Source of the DNA: Glycera tridactyla
Lineage: Eukaryota
Assembly (NCBI GenBank): GCA_965644265.1
Contig: OZ286467.1
Coordinates: forward strand, 45,756,001-45,820,000
Direction: 5' to 3'
Length of the DNA stretch: 64,000 nt
In this document: positions 49,830 through 62,345 of the stretch, piece after piece
How positions within the stretch are numbered: the first letter of the stretch is position 1
How the letters are laid out: each line of letters begins with the position of its first letter
The notes under the pieces: generated by a model
Databases searched by the model: none
Told to the model about the DNA's origin: nothing
Seen by the model: only the letters and a program-made list of their open reading frames with translations
Position numbers and translations under genes: made by a program

Positions 49830-50006
49830 CTGTTGACGTCCTTTAATCCCCTTTCCCAAGAAGTTTGGACTGGTTGTGATTAAAGTCTATTTTTCACTGG
49901 TTGCATTTGAGAATGGCATAGTGTCTGATAAAACCCGTTTTTTCTTCATATGCAATGGCATGGAAGTCTAAATAGGACACTTTGACCTGTTTTCATTCAG
50001 AGGAAG

Positions 50007-50147
50007 TGACCTCTGACCTGAAACTCATCTTGTTGTCAGCGTTGTTGTCAAGATTGACAACGACGACGCAACATCACTAGGCAACCACCGTTGCGCTTCT
50101 CTGTACTATATAAACGGCCCCCTTGAATCCGTGGATTCATTCCTTCA
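50007..50147 (+). promoter_or_regulatory. Candidate core promoter: DR1 element, TATA box and Inr
   Basis: TGACCT-c-TGACCT at 50007-50019, TATATAAA at 50107-50114, TCATTC with A at 50139 (30 nt after TATAAA). Confidence 0.4.
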
Positions 50148-50181
50148 GTCGCACGCGTTGAGAGAAGTTCTGCCTCGTCTT

Positions 50182-50224
<43 letters not shown>

Positions 50225-53200
50225 GCCCTGCTCGCTAACTCTTGCGGCTAGCTAACTCTCTGTGTACAGCCACTCAGCAAGCAATTGTTAGAGTACCTGC
50301 TCACTCCTCAATTACAAGACAGACAGTTCATACCTCTAATACGTGGCACATTGTAGATATTATCTTCATGGGAGGCGGCGCTTTTGTGTTTTCATCCTGA
50401 TGTTTAGAACTACCTAGATAATATCTCACTTGTGTTCTGTGGCATGTATTGCCCGTGGGGCTACCTCCAACGATACCCTCCTCCGGAGAAGGTACTGGAT
50501 GGATGGATAGATGAATGGATGGATGAGTGGATGGATGGATGGATATATGGATGAATAGACGAATGGATGGATGGATAGATTGATGGATAGAANNNNNNNN
50601 NNNNNNNNNNNNNNNNNNNNNNNNNNNNNNNNNNNNNNNNNNNNNNNNNNNNNNNNNNNNNNNNNNNNNNNNNNNNNNNNNNNNNNNNNNNNNNNNNNNN
50701 NNNNNNNNNNNNNNNNNNNNNNNNNNNNNNNNNNCGAACAGTCAGACGAACAGACAGACATATGTCTCTCTAGAATGGGGAATAACAATCCACTACAGCT
50801 GGACTGTCTTTTGAAGTCTAGCAGTGGGGTGACCCGGTCGTGGCTCTATGTGGGCGCTTCTACAAAGCTTGGGAGGACGTTGTTAAGTTGCTACAGTGGG
50901 TGTTGGCAGTAGAAACAAACATGTTATTCATGATGGCTTCAGGCACTGGCCTCTGAATGTCTGTATATGCTAGGTGTTCAGAGGTACATACACCATCTGG
51001 AATTCGCTCTGTTGAGTCCAGCTACTCAAGGCTAAATCCAAACCCATGCATGCGTGTGTCATCTTTGTATTTGGCCAGAATCAGAAGCATTCGGGGTTTA
51101 GTTTGTATTTGAGGATGGTCTATTCGCACAGACTGAGGACTGAGCACAGGTGATACCAGTTTCTACTCAACTATACCACATTCCATGCCAGCCACACAAA
51201 CCCCACACTATTCTAGGGCCTATTTCAGGGACCCAGGCCGTCTCTAAACTCCGATCTTTACAATAACCACGATGGGAAGATGGGACGGGGGATTGTGCCG
51301 AAAATCTTGGCAACTTCTACTCAGGGTTAGCGCCTCTTTAACTATTCGAAAACTGTTGTTAGATAGAATGAAAGGCTGAATTCCATTACCGATTTAATGT
51401 GAAATGCATCATCTGATTCGAAAAAGAAATCTGCGAAAAATCAAACACTTCTCTCACTACGAGTACCAAGTCAGAGACGAGATCTGAGTGTGATATGGCT
51501 AGAATTCTGGATATGTCCCCCTCTCTCCTTTGATTTCAGACAACCAGTTATGAATAAATCGCCCTATATTAGAACTCTCTATGTGTGTTCATCGCAAGGC
51601 AGTAGCAGGTGGCGGTCATTTTTTTTCACACTATCGCAACCGTTGCAATATCTCTATCATTACACAATGGACCGGAACCATGGATGGAATGAACACTGGG
51701 GACAGGTGCAGCAAAGCTAAGCTTTAGTTTTGCCGATCCTGAGGTACCACTGGCTGAACGGAATACCAGAGTTACCGGATATTCTTGCCGTTGGTAATAT
51801 AGGCCACCTTTGATAATTTAACTGCTGGTGAAGAATCTTATCTCCTGATGACACCAACAAGACAACTTCTTTCTTTGCTCGCTGTCAAGGTGCCTTTCAA
51901 GCCGTGCGAATGACCTTTGAAGCGGGTCCACCCTTGGACATGCTACACCTTTCCACACATCCATGTAACTCATTTCTGTCGACTGTCTGAATGATACTTT
52001 AGAACATACTCATCAGGAACTCTTGCTGATCCGACCCGTGTAGATCGTAGCTTAATGAAAGAGATGATAATGTGAACCCCAGATGGAGGAAATTCCAATA
52101 TTATACCGGCATTGTTATGACCGAAAACTTAACAAGAATTATCATCTCAACAGTAGTCCAATGTCACTTGTATATATAAGGGCCTGTTTTGAAATGCAAA
52201 GTAGCATGAGTATGAGTGGGGATGGCTATAAGAGAAGGTGCTTATCGGCATAGTATCATGGAATATCCTGAGTACATTCTGAAAAAAGCGTTCAAAATTA
52301 GACATGTTTATTTTTGCAAGCGCTTGGTATTGTGTCTCTCGTCTAAACTCTTGATATTCGAACGTTTTTGAGAATACCTGATTGGAATATTGTCCTGATC
52401 CTAAACATTTTACAGCCCTAAACTCAATACTTGAAAATGTGTACTCTGCTAACGCACCCCCAGTTGCAATTAGGGTCATGTGAGGAAGGGTTGAGGGGAA
52501 ACTTACCTCATCAGCCCCTCTCTACGACAAGCCTTGCAGTGCTCCCTAATATATTGCAGCTGATTGAGGTGGGAGTTGGAAATACAAGTTCATACAAATC
52601 ATGTGACCGAGACAAATGTACACACTTATTCTCCTGATCTGAAGATAGAAGGATTCGGATGGAAACCTCTCACAGTTTACTTCGTGTTGAAAGTTCATTG
52701 CATCTCAAAAGCATCATTAGATTGGGTGCAAGAACACTGAAGTATCGGACAGTTTGCTTTGGTGATATATTTTTCCTACTTTTGTATAGAGTAACCCAAG
52801 CATGGCATTGTCCATCTTGTGATATTGTTGTGATGAAATTGCTTGACATGTTTAGGTGGGGATGTGATCACCATGACTTGTCCTTACTTAATAAAAGCTG
52901 GGAAAAATTATACAAACCCCCGTAGTTGAAGGCCACTGGTTTTGAGGTGTTTAGATCCAAGCAGTTTAGAATATGAAATGTTTAGAGGTATGATGTTTAC
53001 AATCAGAACATGTTCAGAAAACTGGCATCTCCAAAGTGGAGACAGGAATTATGTTTAGGATTCTGTATCATTTGTAAACTTATTTTTAGAGGGTATGTTG
53101 CTGATGGGCGAGGAGGCCTAGAAACACAAAAGAAATTATATGAAGCCTGTCAGTGAAGGAGAGAGAACAGATTATGTCCGAGACGTCCGCTGGATGGCAG

Positions 53201-53278
53201 CCTCAACACAGTACACAGACAATGATTACTTGTCCATCAGCCTATATTTCTCTTAAATTCATACGCATTCATTTAATA

Positions 53279-53382
53279 GACATGATATTGTTCAAGAATC
53301 CCCCTTACACAGGCATCTGTCTGTATGCCTGACATGATATTGTTCGAGAATCCCCCTTACACAGGCATCTGTCTGTATGCCT
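53279..53382. repeat. Recent 52-bp tandem duplication
   Basis: Two adjacent copies with a single mismatch. Confidence 0.95.
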
Positions 53383-54225
53383 CATGCCTGGAACAGGGTT
53401 GACCGTACTAGTCAGGGTGGATTGTTTGAATGAGTAGGACATTCTGCAGCCTGTGTGGTTTTGTGAAACGTCTCCTTGAAGATACTGCTTACAGAGAGAT
53501 TACGGTGCATAACATGTCGGGTGACTTCTCTGATCTCCTGATTTAGTTTTTTCCAAAACTATTTGATATAAGCTACCTCTTCATGACGAGTTTGACAGGA
53601 TCTCCTGGGCATTCCGAGTTGCTTACCACGGAGACTTGGCGACTAATCTATGGCTCTGAGTGGTGACTTGTATATATCATATACATTATCTGCTGGTATG
53701 GGATGACAGAAACGGGAGTATAACACGTGAACGTAGTTGTCTTCTTGTTTAGACTACAATGGACACCTTCTCAGCACCGTTTTATAATAATCACAAGCAG
53801 AGACCAGCCTCACTCGGGCCAATATTCGCCATCAGCATTGTCAGTTTTTGGAGATAATGCTTGCAAAATCTCTCATGCCATCACCGTCAAATCTGTTCTC
53901 TGTGAAATTGCCACCATCTGAGTGCTCTCATGGACATTTCATCAACGTGAAATAATCTGTGAGGTACCTGTATCTAGTTTGATTTGTCAATACAATTCTA
54001 TCCACCACCTGAATTGATCAGATAGGCAATTAGAGCAATTCGATCCACTGAGCATCTCAATGTTGGTGCTGATTACCGACCAACGCAGCGTTTTCAAAGT
54101 GTGCCAATGCTCTTACAGAATAGACCCCGCCATATGCATGATCAGGGCTGAAATATCAGTGAAATATGATTAATTCCACTCTATTCCCATGCATTCTCGC
54201 TGTTTTACCAAAGATAAATAATAAT

Positions 54226-54294
<69 letters not shown>

Positions 54295-57200
54295 TGACAT
54301 TGGCCATGTAAACGGTGGTCAAAACATGTGAAGTACAGTATCATATAATAGATACAGGACACAACTCGAGTGGTATTGGGGGTTGTGATCTGTATGTTCT
54401 GATATCTTCGTTATCTGATATCTGAAATCATATGAAAAATAAAGAAATCAAATCAAATATGTGGGCAACAGCATTTCTTTTGCTCTCCCAGCAATGATTC
54501 AGGCGAAATTCCCAGGTTCGTCTTACTGATCGACGCTCATCGCTACACTTTTCATGACTTTTCAATATTGGCATGGCGTAATGCTTTTCGTTCTAGAACA
54601 GTCTTACTGAAAGATACTATACTTGGCGTCAACCTTTCCATGCAGCGGCATCTTCTAACTTCGAAAGTCGAAAGTAGTCCCCTCATGATTGGTCTTATTG
54701 ATGACACCAGTCAGAGTACATCTAGCCTGGGAGAAGTGCCTCCTATCATTCAACTACTCTTGCCTGTTTTATGGTTGGGCATCACTACCACCGGGCATCA
54801 CTTTGTGGCGCTGATTGGTTATTTGTTTGACTAATTTCCCCATATCTGAGCATCGCTAAGGGACAGTATGGAATTCAGGATTGTTCTGAACTATTGAATC
54901 GACACTCATCTCTGTAAAATATTCGAATGGGCACCTATTTGACAGAATATTTCAAACAAAAGAAATATGACCCAAGGTGAATCATGAGGATTTATGCATC
55001 ATGCATGTAGTAAAGTTATGCTAGATGCATTCAATTGTCATGAGAAGAATTCATCTTGCATCATAACAGCATTCGCACTCGTGATATTGTCATGAAATAA
55101 GAGTGTAATCTAGTGAAAGTATCAGATAAATGTATGAGATGGTTGAATTATTCACCCTGGCTGTGAGAACTCACTCACTGTAACCTCGACGAGGATCACC
55201 CTACTTAGGGTGGTATAGGAATTTCATTCCAGTTTCTTACAGATGGTGATAATGAAACATGAAATTCGGTCTCTGTGCCAATGCATAGAAAGGTTGACGT
55301 TGAGTATATGAATTGACGCAAATTCATTTCTCAGGTCATTTTCTGACGTGAAAACCACAACACAAATTCGTTCTCAGCGCAGTTGGTGATATGACAATTG
55401 TGACACAAATTAACTCTTCTATAAGCATTTGATGATATGAAATTCGGGATATTTTCTTTGTGCACCTGATGACATGAGAATCGTGATATAACTTCTTCCC
55501 CAGTGCACCTGAATGCCAATCATCGTCGAAAACCATCGACTGATTCGCACCTTTCACACAGGAAAAATGTCGGGATAACTTATTATAAATCTCTGCAGAA
55601 CTAAATGCTCTGTCTGGGGGAGAGTATAACAGGGCAACAAGAAATTTGCCCGGCGCCATTTCACCTGTAGTGTAGGTATTCATTACATCCGGGCAGTCAG
55701 AGATTTGTAAACTGTCGCTGGATAGGCGTGACAGCTGTCAATCAATACGCGCCACGGAATGGTGCCGAGGTGGAACTCAGTCAACTTAGGCTGGGTATCT
55801 GTAGTCCATAGCGAAATTGTGTAGTTACTGTATGGTGAATGGGTTCTTTGACTCACCTTGCCCTGAACTCCCAAGCGAACAAGTATCCATACCCACTGAA
55901 TGATACTTGAATGATATCAGGACAGAAGGCTAACTTTTCCTTATGTTCACTAACTTTTCGTGACAGAAAAAGGTGTCCTCATTCAATTTTGACATAGTTG
56001 GAATGAAGGATACTTAGTGGGGATTAGGCGAATGATTTTCTTGTACGCTGTAGATGTGTGTTGTACAGAAATTGCTCGATACTCTGTCTGGTGCTCATCG
56101 ATGCTTTCACCAGGACATGTGGATTGATATCAAAAAGCACTGCTCCGTCAATTGCACATGGAGCCCCAATGGAAAATATTCTCATGGGGTATGATACATA
56201 TTCCACCCTGTGTCACTCATTTCCGAGTGGCCACACGAGGGCAGTGCTATGTGGCTTCAATCATTATTCAATCTACCAAAGTCAAGAGGTCACGATTGAG
56301 TAACTCTGTCTTGAACACTACCAGTTTGTCTCACAGGGATGACGCGACTGAAGTCTGTCAATTTTAATCGTGGCGGGTGCGTTTTCTGCGTGAGCAGTGG
56401 TGTCCCAACTTCCAGCTGCAATTGGAACAAATGGCTGCTGCAAGATGGAGTCTGGACAGGTGGAAATCGCCCATAAACCTTAATATATGTCATCAGTGAC
56501 TTTATATGTCATTGATGAGACTAAAATGCAGGCTTGGGTGACGAGAAGTAGCTCCATCAAACTCATAGCACAGAATGTACATGCAGGTAGATTTCCTCGG
56601 TAGAGAGAGCCCCTGTCTGTCTATGTGTCTGTCTATGTATCTCTCTGTGTGTCTGTCTATGTGTCTGTCTATGTATTTGTCTGTGTACATGTATGTCTGT
56701 CTGTCTGTGGTCCAATCGTTCCCTAGTGCAAATCAAACCATGGTAGATATACCCGCCAATGCCGAGGAACGACCTTTCGTTTTTATATGTATATAACATT
56801 TTCAGCTGGAGAGATGTAACTATCATTGTCATCTTGGTAAGCCACATCGAGGTCATCCCGAGCGGATAGCGCTTATGATTGGATAAGGAAGAGGGTACGA
56901 GGGCACTGATCAGTTGAAAACAATAGCCAAGAACATGGTACTGAGGCTAGCACGGGAAAGGCTGTGGTGGAGCGGGGGTGTTAGGTGGAGCAGAGGTGGC
57001 TGACGGCGTGAGGTCAGGCGACATTTCGGGTGACATATTGAGGTTGCCCCTGGCATTCCTTCACCTACCTACCTTCAGCAGCCAAGTCTGCCCGCCTGAC
57101 AAATGACTCGCTGACGACGTCAAGACCTCAGCCCCAGTCGCTGATATCTGTCGTAAAACAACATTTTCTACATCTCAGGGACCTACAACCACTACAATAT

Positions 57201-59075
57201 CGGATCACATACGTAAATCCGCTTAAGCATCGCTTCATTCATATGTGTGTTAGATGCATATGCTGTTTATTTCCAATAGCTCGCTCAATCATACCCGAGA
57301 ATGGAAGAAGTGATATCTAACATGGTCAAATGGGTGATTTTGGAATTGTAACTCAATCATGAAATAAGATTTGGCTTTCTGTATACCGAATTGTCTCGTA
57401 AATGCGCTGATATCATGTTTACTGAGCTACGATGTGTACTATCAAAAATACAGGTTTTCACTAATTGTTTAGTCTTAGTTGACAAGTTTTGTGGTACAAA
57501 TAGAAGCAGGTAGCATATAAAGCAGCGTGTACAGTGGAGAAAAACCCGAGAAGTTCAGGACGCCAGAATATGCTACGAGTATCGGTATTTATGTGTGGAA
57601 ATTTGGCAAAGGCATTAATGGAGGGGTGAACTTTAGCTGATGCTGTGAGATTGCCTGGGTGATGTCTTCACTCGAAACGACATAACGGCACAGACTTGAG
57701 GCCAGGAGAAGGCTCATGTATTGGAGCGGTATACACGTGTGCGTACATGCATACACATGAACTCACGCATGCACGCACTCCGATGACGAAAGCGATGATG
57801 TCATTGACGACNNNNNNNNNNNNNNNNNNNNNNNNNNNNNNNNNNNNNNNNNNNNNNNNNNNNNNNNNNNNNNNNNNNNNNNNNNNNNNNNNNNNNNNNN
57901 NNNNNNNNNNNNNNNNNNNNNNNNNNNNNNNNNNNNNNNNNNNNNNNNNNNNNNNNNNNNNNNNNNNNNNNNNNNNNNNNNNNNNNNNNNNNNNNNNNNN
58001 NNNNNNNNNNNNNNNNNNGTTTGTTTGTGTATGTGTGCGTGGTTGTGCGTGTGTTAACCATATATCATGAGTTGGGATGACTCAATACGTCCTCTCAATT
58101 CGTATTCATCATCATGACATGTAAGACGGCTTTGTCAAGTTACGACTGGGAGGCTGCCTTGGACATCTCGTTGTGGTATCACCATATATCGAAAGAGGTA
58201 TCGAAAAGACGCTTCCTAAAGACTAGGCTCTGCACATTTGGTCCGCCGGAATAATGGTAAACAGTAGAAGTTCGAGGAAGTGTCCAATATGGTATCTGGT
58301 ATAACTACCTCCTCCCCATTGACCCAATGAGTATATAATTCGTTTAGGTAATGTGGAAGCATGAGATGGATTCCTCGATAAACCGTAGTAGATAGATGGC
58401 GATGTCGACGTAATTTCAGGGGCACATATTTTAGTTTACAATGCCTCCCAGAAACTCCCGAGTGGATCCGCTGCGAGAACTATTCTGCAAACCATCTTGA
58501 ATTTGCTGATGTCTGTAATAGTCTATCAGTGGAAGGACCAGGGACTCGTAAAGCATGACGTGCTTTGAGTAATATAGGTTCTCGCCCTGTCGATGATAGA
58601 CAGATATCAGTCAGGCTGGNNNNNNNNNNNNNNNNNNNNNNNNNNNNNNNNNNNNNNNNNNNNNNNNNNNNNNNNNNNNNNNNNNNNNNNNNNNNNNNNN
58701 NNNNNNNNNNNNNNNNNNNNNNNNNNNNNNNNNNNNNNNNNNNNNNNNNNNNNNNNNNNNNNNNNNNNNNNNNNNNNNNNNNNNNNNNNNNNNNNNNNNN
58801 NNNNNNNNNNNNNNNNNNNNNNNNNNNNNNNNNNNNNNGTGTATGNNNNNNNNNNNNNNNNNNNNNNNNNNNNNNNNNNNNNNNNNNNNNNNNNNNNNNN
58901 NNNNNNNNNNNNNNNNNNNNNNNNNNNNNNNNNNNNNNNNNNNNNNNNNNNNNNNNNNNNNNNNNNNNNNNNNNNCGTGAGACTGTGTATGTATGTGTGA
59001 TTGTGTGTGGGTGTATGTATGTGTGATTGTGTGTGTCATGAGAGTGTGTGTGTGTATGTATGTACGTCAGACAGT

Positions 59076-59136
<61 letters not shown>

Positions 59137-61056
59137 TGTGCGTATGTGTGAGGCTGTCAGGCTAATCTGGCGCCACCATATATCAGGCAGGTAACAGATG
59201 GACATTCAAGGCCCAAGTTTTTCTATGAACCATACTATACAGCATGTAATCGACTTACTACTGACTGCTGACAACTCTCCTGTCACTCAAGCACCTTGCC
59301 TGCTCACAACAGGCGCCCATTTGCTATGGTATGAAACTATCTGGAAGTAGTACGTACCACTCTATGGAAAGTAAGCTCAGAAAAGTCGTACATACCCCCA
59401 CATGTTTTTATATCATAGCAACTTGAGGCGAAGTTTGGCATCAGCAGCAGCACCGCCACAGCAGCACTACCACCATAAGAACCACCACCACCGCCAGAAC
59501 CACCACCACTACCACCAACACTACCACCACCATCGTTATCATTTTAATTAAAGTTGATGATATTGGTTCATAGCCACTGGGCTGGCATTGACAATGAGCA
59601 TCGGCAAGAGAATAATCGAAACAAGATCAGGCAATATGGAATAATTTTCTTGGATAAATCGGGGCAAGTCCAGGTCTCACCCGAGCGGAACGCCCCTGGT
59701 TACACTCTAGCTCTGTAGAGACCACAATTGCTTGCCAGCAGTTGGAGTATCTGGTAGACTGGATACAAGAGGGGGATTGTGGGTGGGGTCCCATATACAA
59801 ACATGTCAAGTATTACCACCCTATTGTCTAACACATTCTCTGTTACACCCATTTTTCTACTAGCAGCAGCCATCCACAGAAAAAAATTCTTTCTGGCATA
59901 TCCAAAGCGGCATATTTTCTTCAAAATGTGAAATACGAATGTTGTTAATTTCAGTTTGATATCCATGACGCGTTTTCCTGACATTGCTGAAGCATGATAT
60001 ATAGAATGATAGAGGGTGGAAGTTCGCGAGAGGGTAAGTATACATTCAAACGCCGGGATGCTAATCTTTTCAACCCCTTTGATTGATAATCATTTTATGA
60101 ACAAGAAAAAGAAGAGAGAGGAAAGAAGATGGAGAAGTAGAAGGAGAAGAAAAACAAAAGAAAAGAGAGTGAGAATAGAGACAATATTGGGCAGACATAC
60201 ATAGGGCAGGCAAGATATACATAGATCAGCATCTCACGATGCGGCCGTACATCACTCATGATGATGTCTGTAGGAGGGAGGCTGGTGAAGTGAAGGCAGC
60301 TTCCGTGCGTAACATTCCAGACAGCTGATGGTGTTACGATACCTGCTCCATCACCACCTGCCTCCCAAGGTCGGCATCAGTAGGCTGCGTTTTCATATTT
60401 TCATATTTTCAATATTTTCAGTTGAACATTTCTGGGTAAGAGCATCATGGTCATGCCAAACTTGAAAAGACATGATTCCAGTTGCAATCAGCATAAATCA
60501 GTAAGAAGCCCTGGACATCTTGTCTGAATTATTGGATTGATAGGATAGTATACAAGAAATGTTGTTGCCCACATATGATTGGCAGGTATACATTTCATGT
60601 TTTTGTCCTCTATGGTAAATGGTTATAAGCCAGTCGGACACTGTCGGCGCCAGGGCAAGTACAACGAAGATATCAGAACACACAGATGACAACCTCAAAA
60701 ACCACTCGAGTTTTTTTGTATTCAAAATATGATAGGGTTGTTCTCACGTTTTGACCCCCGTTTTCAAGATGAACAGCAATAATGTTGATNNNNNNNNNNN
60801 NNNNNNNNNNNNNNNNNNNNNNNNNNNNNNNNNNNNNNNNNNNNNNNNNNNNNNNNNNNNNNNNNNNNNNNNNNNNNNNNNNNNNNNNNNNNNNNNNNNN
60901 NNNNNNNNNNNNNNNNNNNNNNNNNNNNNNNNNNNNNNNNNNNNNNNNNNNNNNNNNNNNNNNNNNNNNNNNNNNNNNNNNNNNNNNNNNNNNNNNNNNN
61001 NNNNNNNNNNNNNNNNNNNNNNNNNNNNNNNNNNNNNNNNNNNNNNNNNNNNNNNG

Positions 61057-62050
61057 GAGGAGGATAAGGAGGAGGTTATTGTCTCGAGATAAATGCTAGC
61101 CAGTTTGCGCTGTTCGCCCGCATCTGGTCGATTCAGCCAGTGTCTGCACATGATCGTGTAGCTAGCCTGAAAGAAAACTTCTGACAGGTGTTGAACAAAT
61201 AGTTGCCTAATAGCATCACGGTATGGGGTGAAATCATTATCCCTCTCCCTGACTACCCTACACCCGCTAGATATAAGATAAACCTTCCATGGTGATATCT
61301 CCGGCATGATAGTCAGTAGGGGTGAAAGCCGAGGGTGGTAATAACTACCCCCTATGTGTGATTAACAGGTGTATTATGCTGACATATCACATTACTATAT
61401 CCCGGAAACACATAACGATATCTCACTACTACATAAAACATATCTCTCAATAAATATCTACGTGTCCCTTTCACTTGATCGATTGATTTAGGGCGGTTAT
61501 TGTGCACAATGCTCCGGTGGGATGAACCGAATCCTGTCGCCCAAAGCAAGTTCTCGCTTGGTACAAGTTAAACTGCAATGTTATTTTATATGACTGCTGC
61601 ACTCATATTCACTTACTTTTGTTTGTCTTGTATGCGTTTGATAAATACAATCTTGGGATAGCTACACATCGTTCATACGAGTTTATCTATACTGTCAACC
61701 TTCCATCTTTGGGTTGAAAGCTTTTGGTTCATGTCGAGTCCTTGATTCCGAAGAGACACGACACAAAATAGAGAGGGCCCCCAGTATTGATCCCTGGGGA
61801 GGGGCTTCTATACATATGATACAGTTTGTTTGCTTGGGTTTACTGTCCTTTCAATCTCCTCGGGTAATATTGGACTGAAAAAATGAGAACGCTCAAGAAA
61901 GTGGGCTCTGCTGTCGGGGCTAATGCCCTACTCTCTGGAAAGGGCAGCAGTGATTCTTTTGTGTGTGAACACGAAACGACCCCCATATAGACGGCCCAGT
62001 CGGCATGAATTGGATTGGACTTTGGAAGGACCATCTCATGTCATTCTTGT
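61057..62050 (-). mobile_element. Highly decayed CR1/L2-type RT remnant
   Basis: Minus strand 'PPQGSILGAL', 'IDQVKGTRRYL' and C-terminal 'RVV...YRDAIRQL'. Confidence 0.6.
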
Positions 62051-62254
62051 CAGCGCTTTATTTTTTCTTGTTTGAAAAGTTCATTCTATTCTGAAGCTTT
62101 CTCATAACTTGCTTGATAACCTGAAGCTGACACATTTACTTCTTCCGATTACTAAACATTGTTGCAAGGCATTGTTTCAGGATGGGAAGTCAGCTTCCAG
62201 TCGCTACATGGTAGAGTGTGCCATCGGGTGATTCATTCTGATTCATGTGAAAGA

Positions 62255-62345
62255 TCTAGAGGTGTGTTCGATCTGTCAACCTCTCAGAGGTGTGTTCGAA
62301 CTGTCAACCACTCAGAGGTGTATTCGAACTGTCAACCACTTAGAC
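62255..62345. repeat. 28-bp minisatellite, about 3 copies
   Basis: Unit 'actcagaggtgtgttcgaactgtcaacc', head to tail with no spacers. Confidence 0.9.

Larger units (their letters stand above)
11680..59540. repeat. Dispersed microsatellites, usually beside N gaps
   Basis: Examples: (GACA/GATG) 11680-11805, (GT) 12503-12578, (TACAA) 17420-17480, (TAT) 22052-22118, (GA) 22560-22673, (ACCA)/(GCT) 28490-28910, (GATG) 30505-30620, (GTT)/(GAC) 31635-31775, (GT) 41066-41126, (CT) 43850-44010, (GGAT) 45512-45565, (CAT) 47600-47688 and 54227-54294, (TA) 50187-50221, (GT) 58975-59145. Confidence 0.95.

Noticed and set aside
50426-50500. Minus-strand IVGG suggesting a trypsin-like protease start
   Set aside because: There is no basic activation residue, no PW/CGG motifs and no downstream protease exons.
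59700-59830. EYLVDW chromodomain-like peptide on +
   Set aside because: Short isolated match with no integrase or LTR context and no start or splice support.
11658-61099. Many long ORFs containing X runs or homopolymeric amino acids (poly-M, poly-D, poly-H, LS, TH, VC)
   Set aside because: They are artefacts of N gaps and microsatellites. The gaps abut simple repeats, which indicates assembly gaps or masking and not biology.
60744-61307. ORF resembling a NAT8/GNAT acetyltransferase N-terminus
   Set aside because: It is better explained as the C-terminal part of the decayed non-LTR RT immediately upstream on the same strand; the ORF length is inflated by Ns.
62255-62345. 28-bp repeats of CRISPR-like length
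   Set aside because: Units are head to tail with no spacers, the context is eukaryotic and there are no cas genes.
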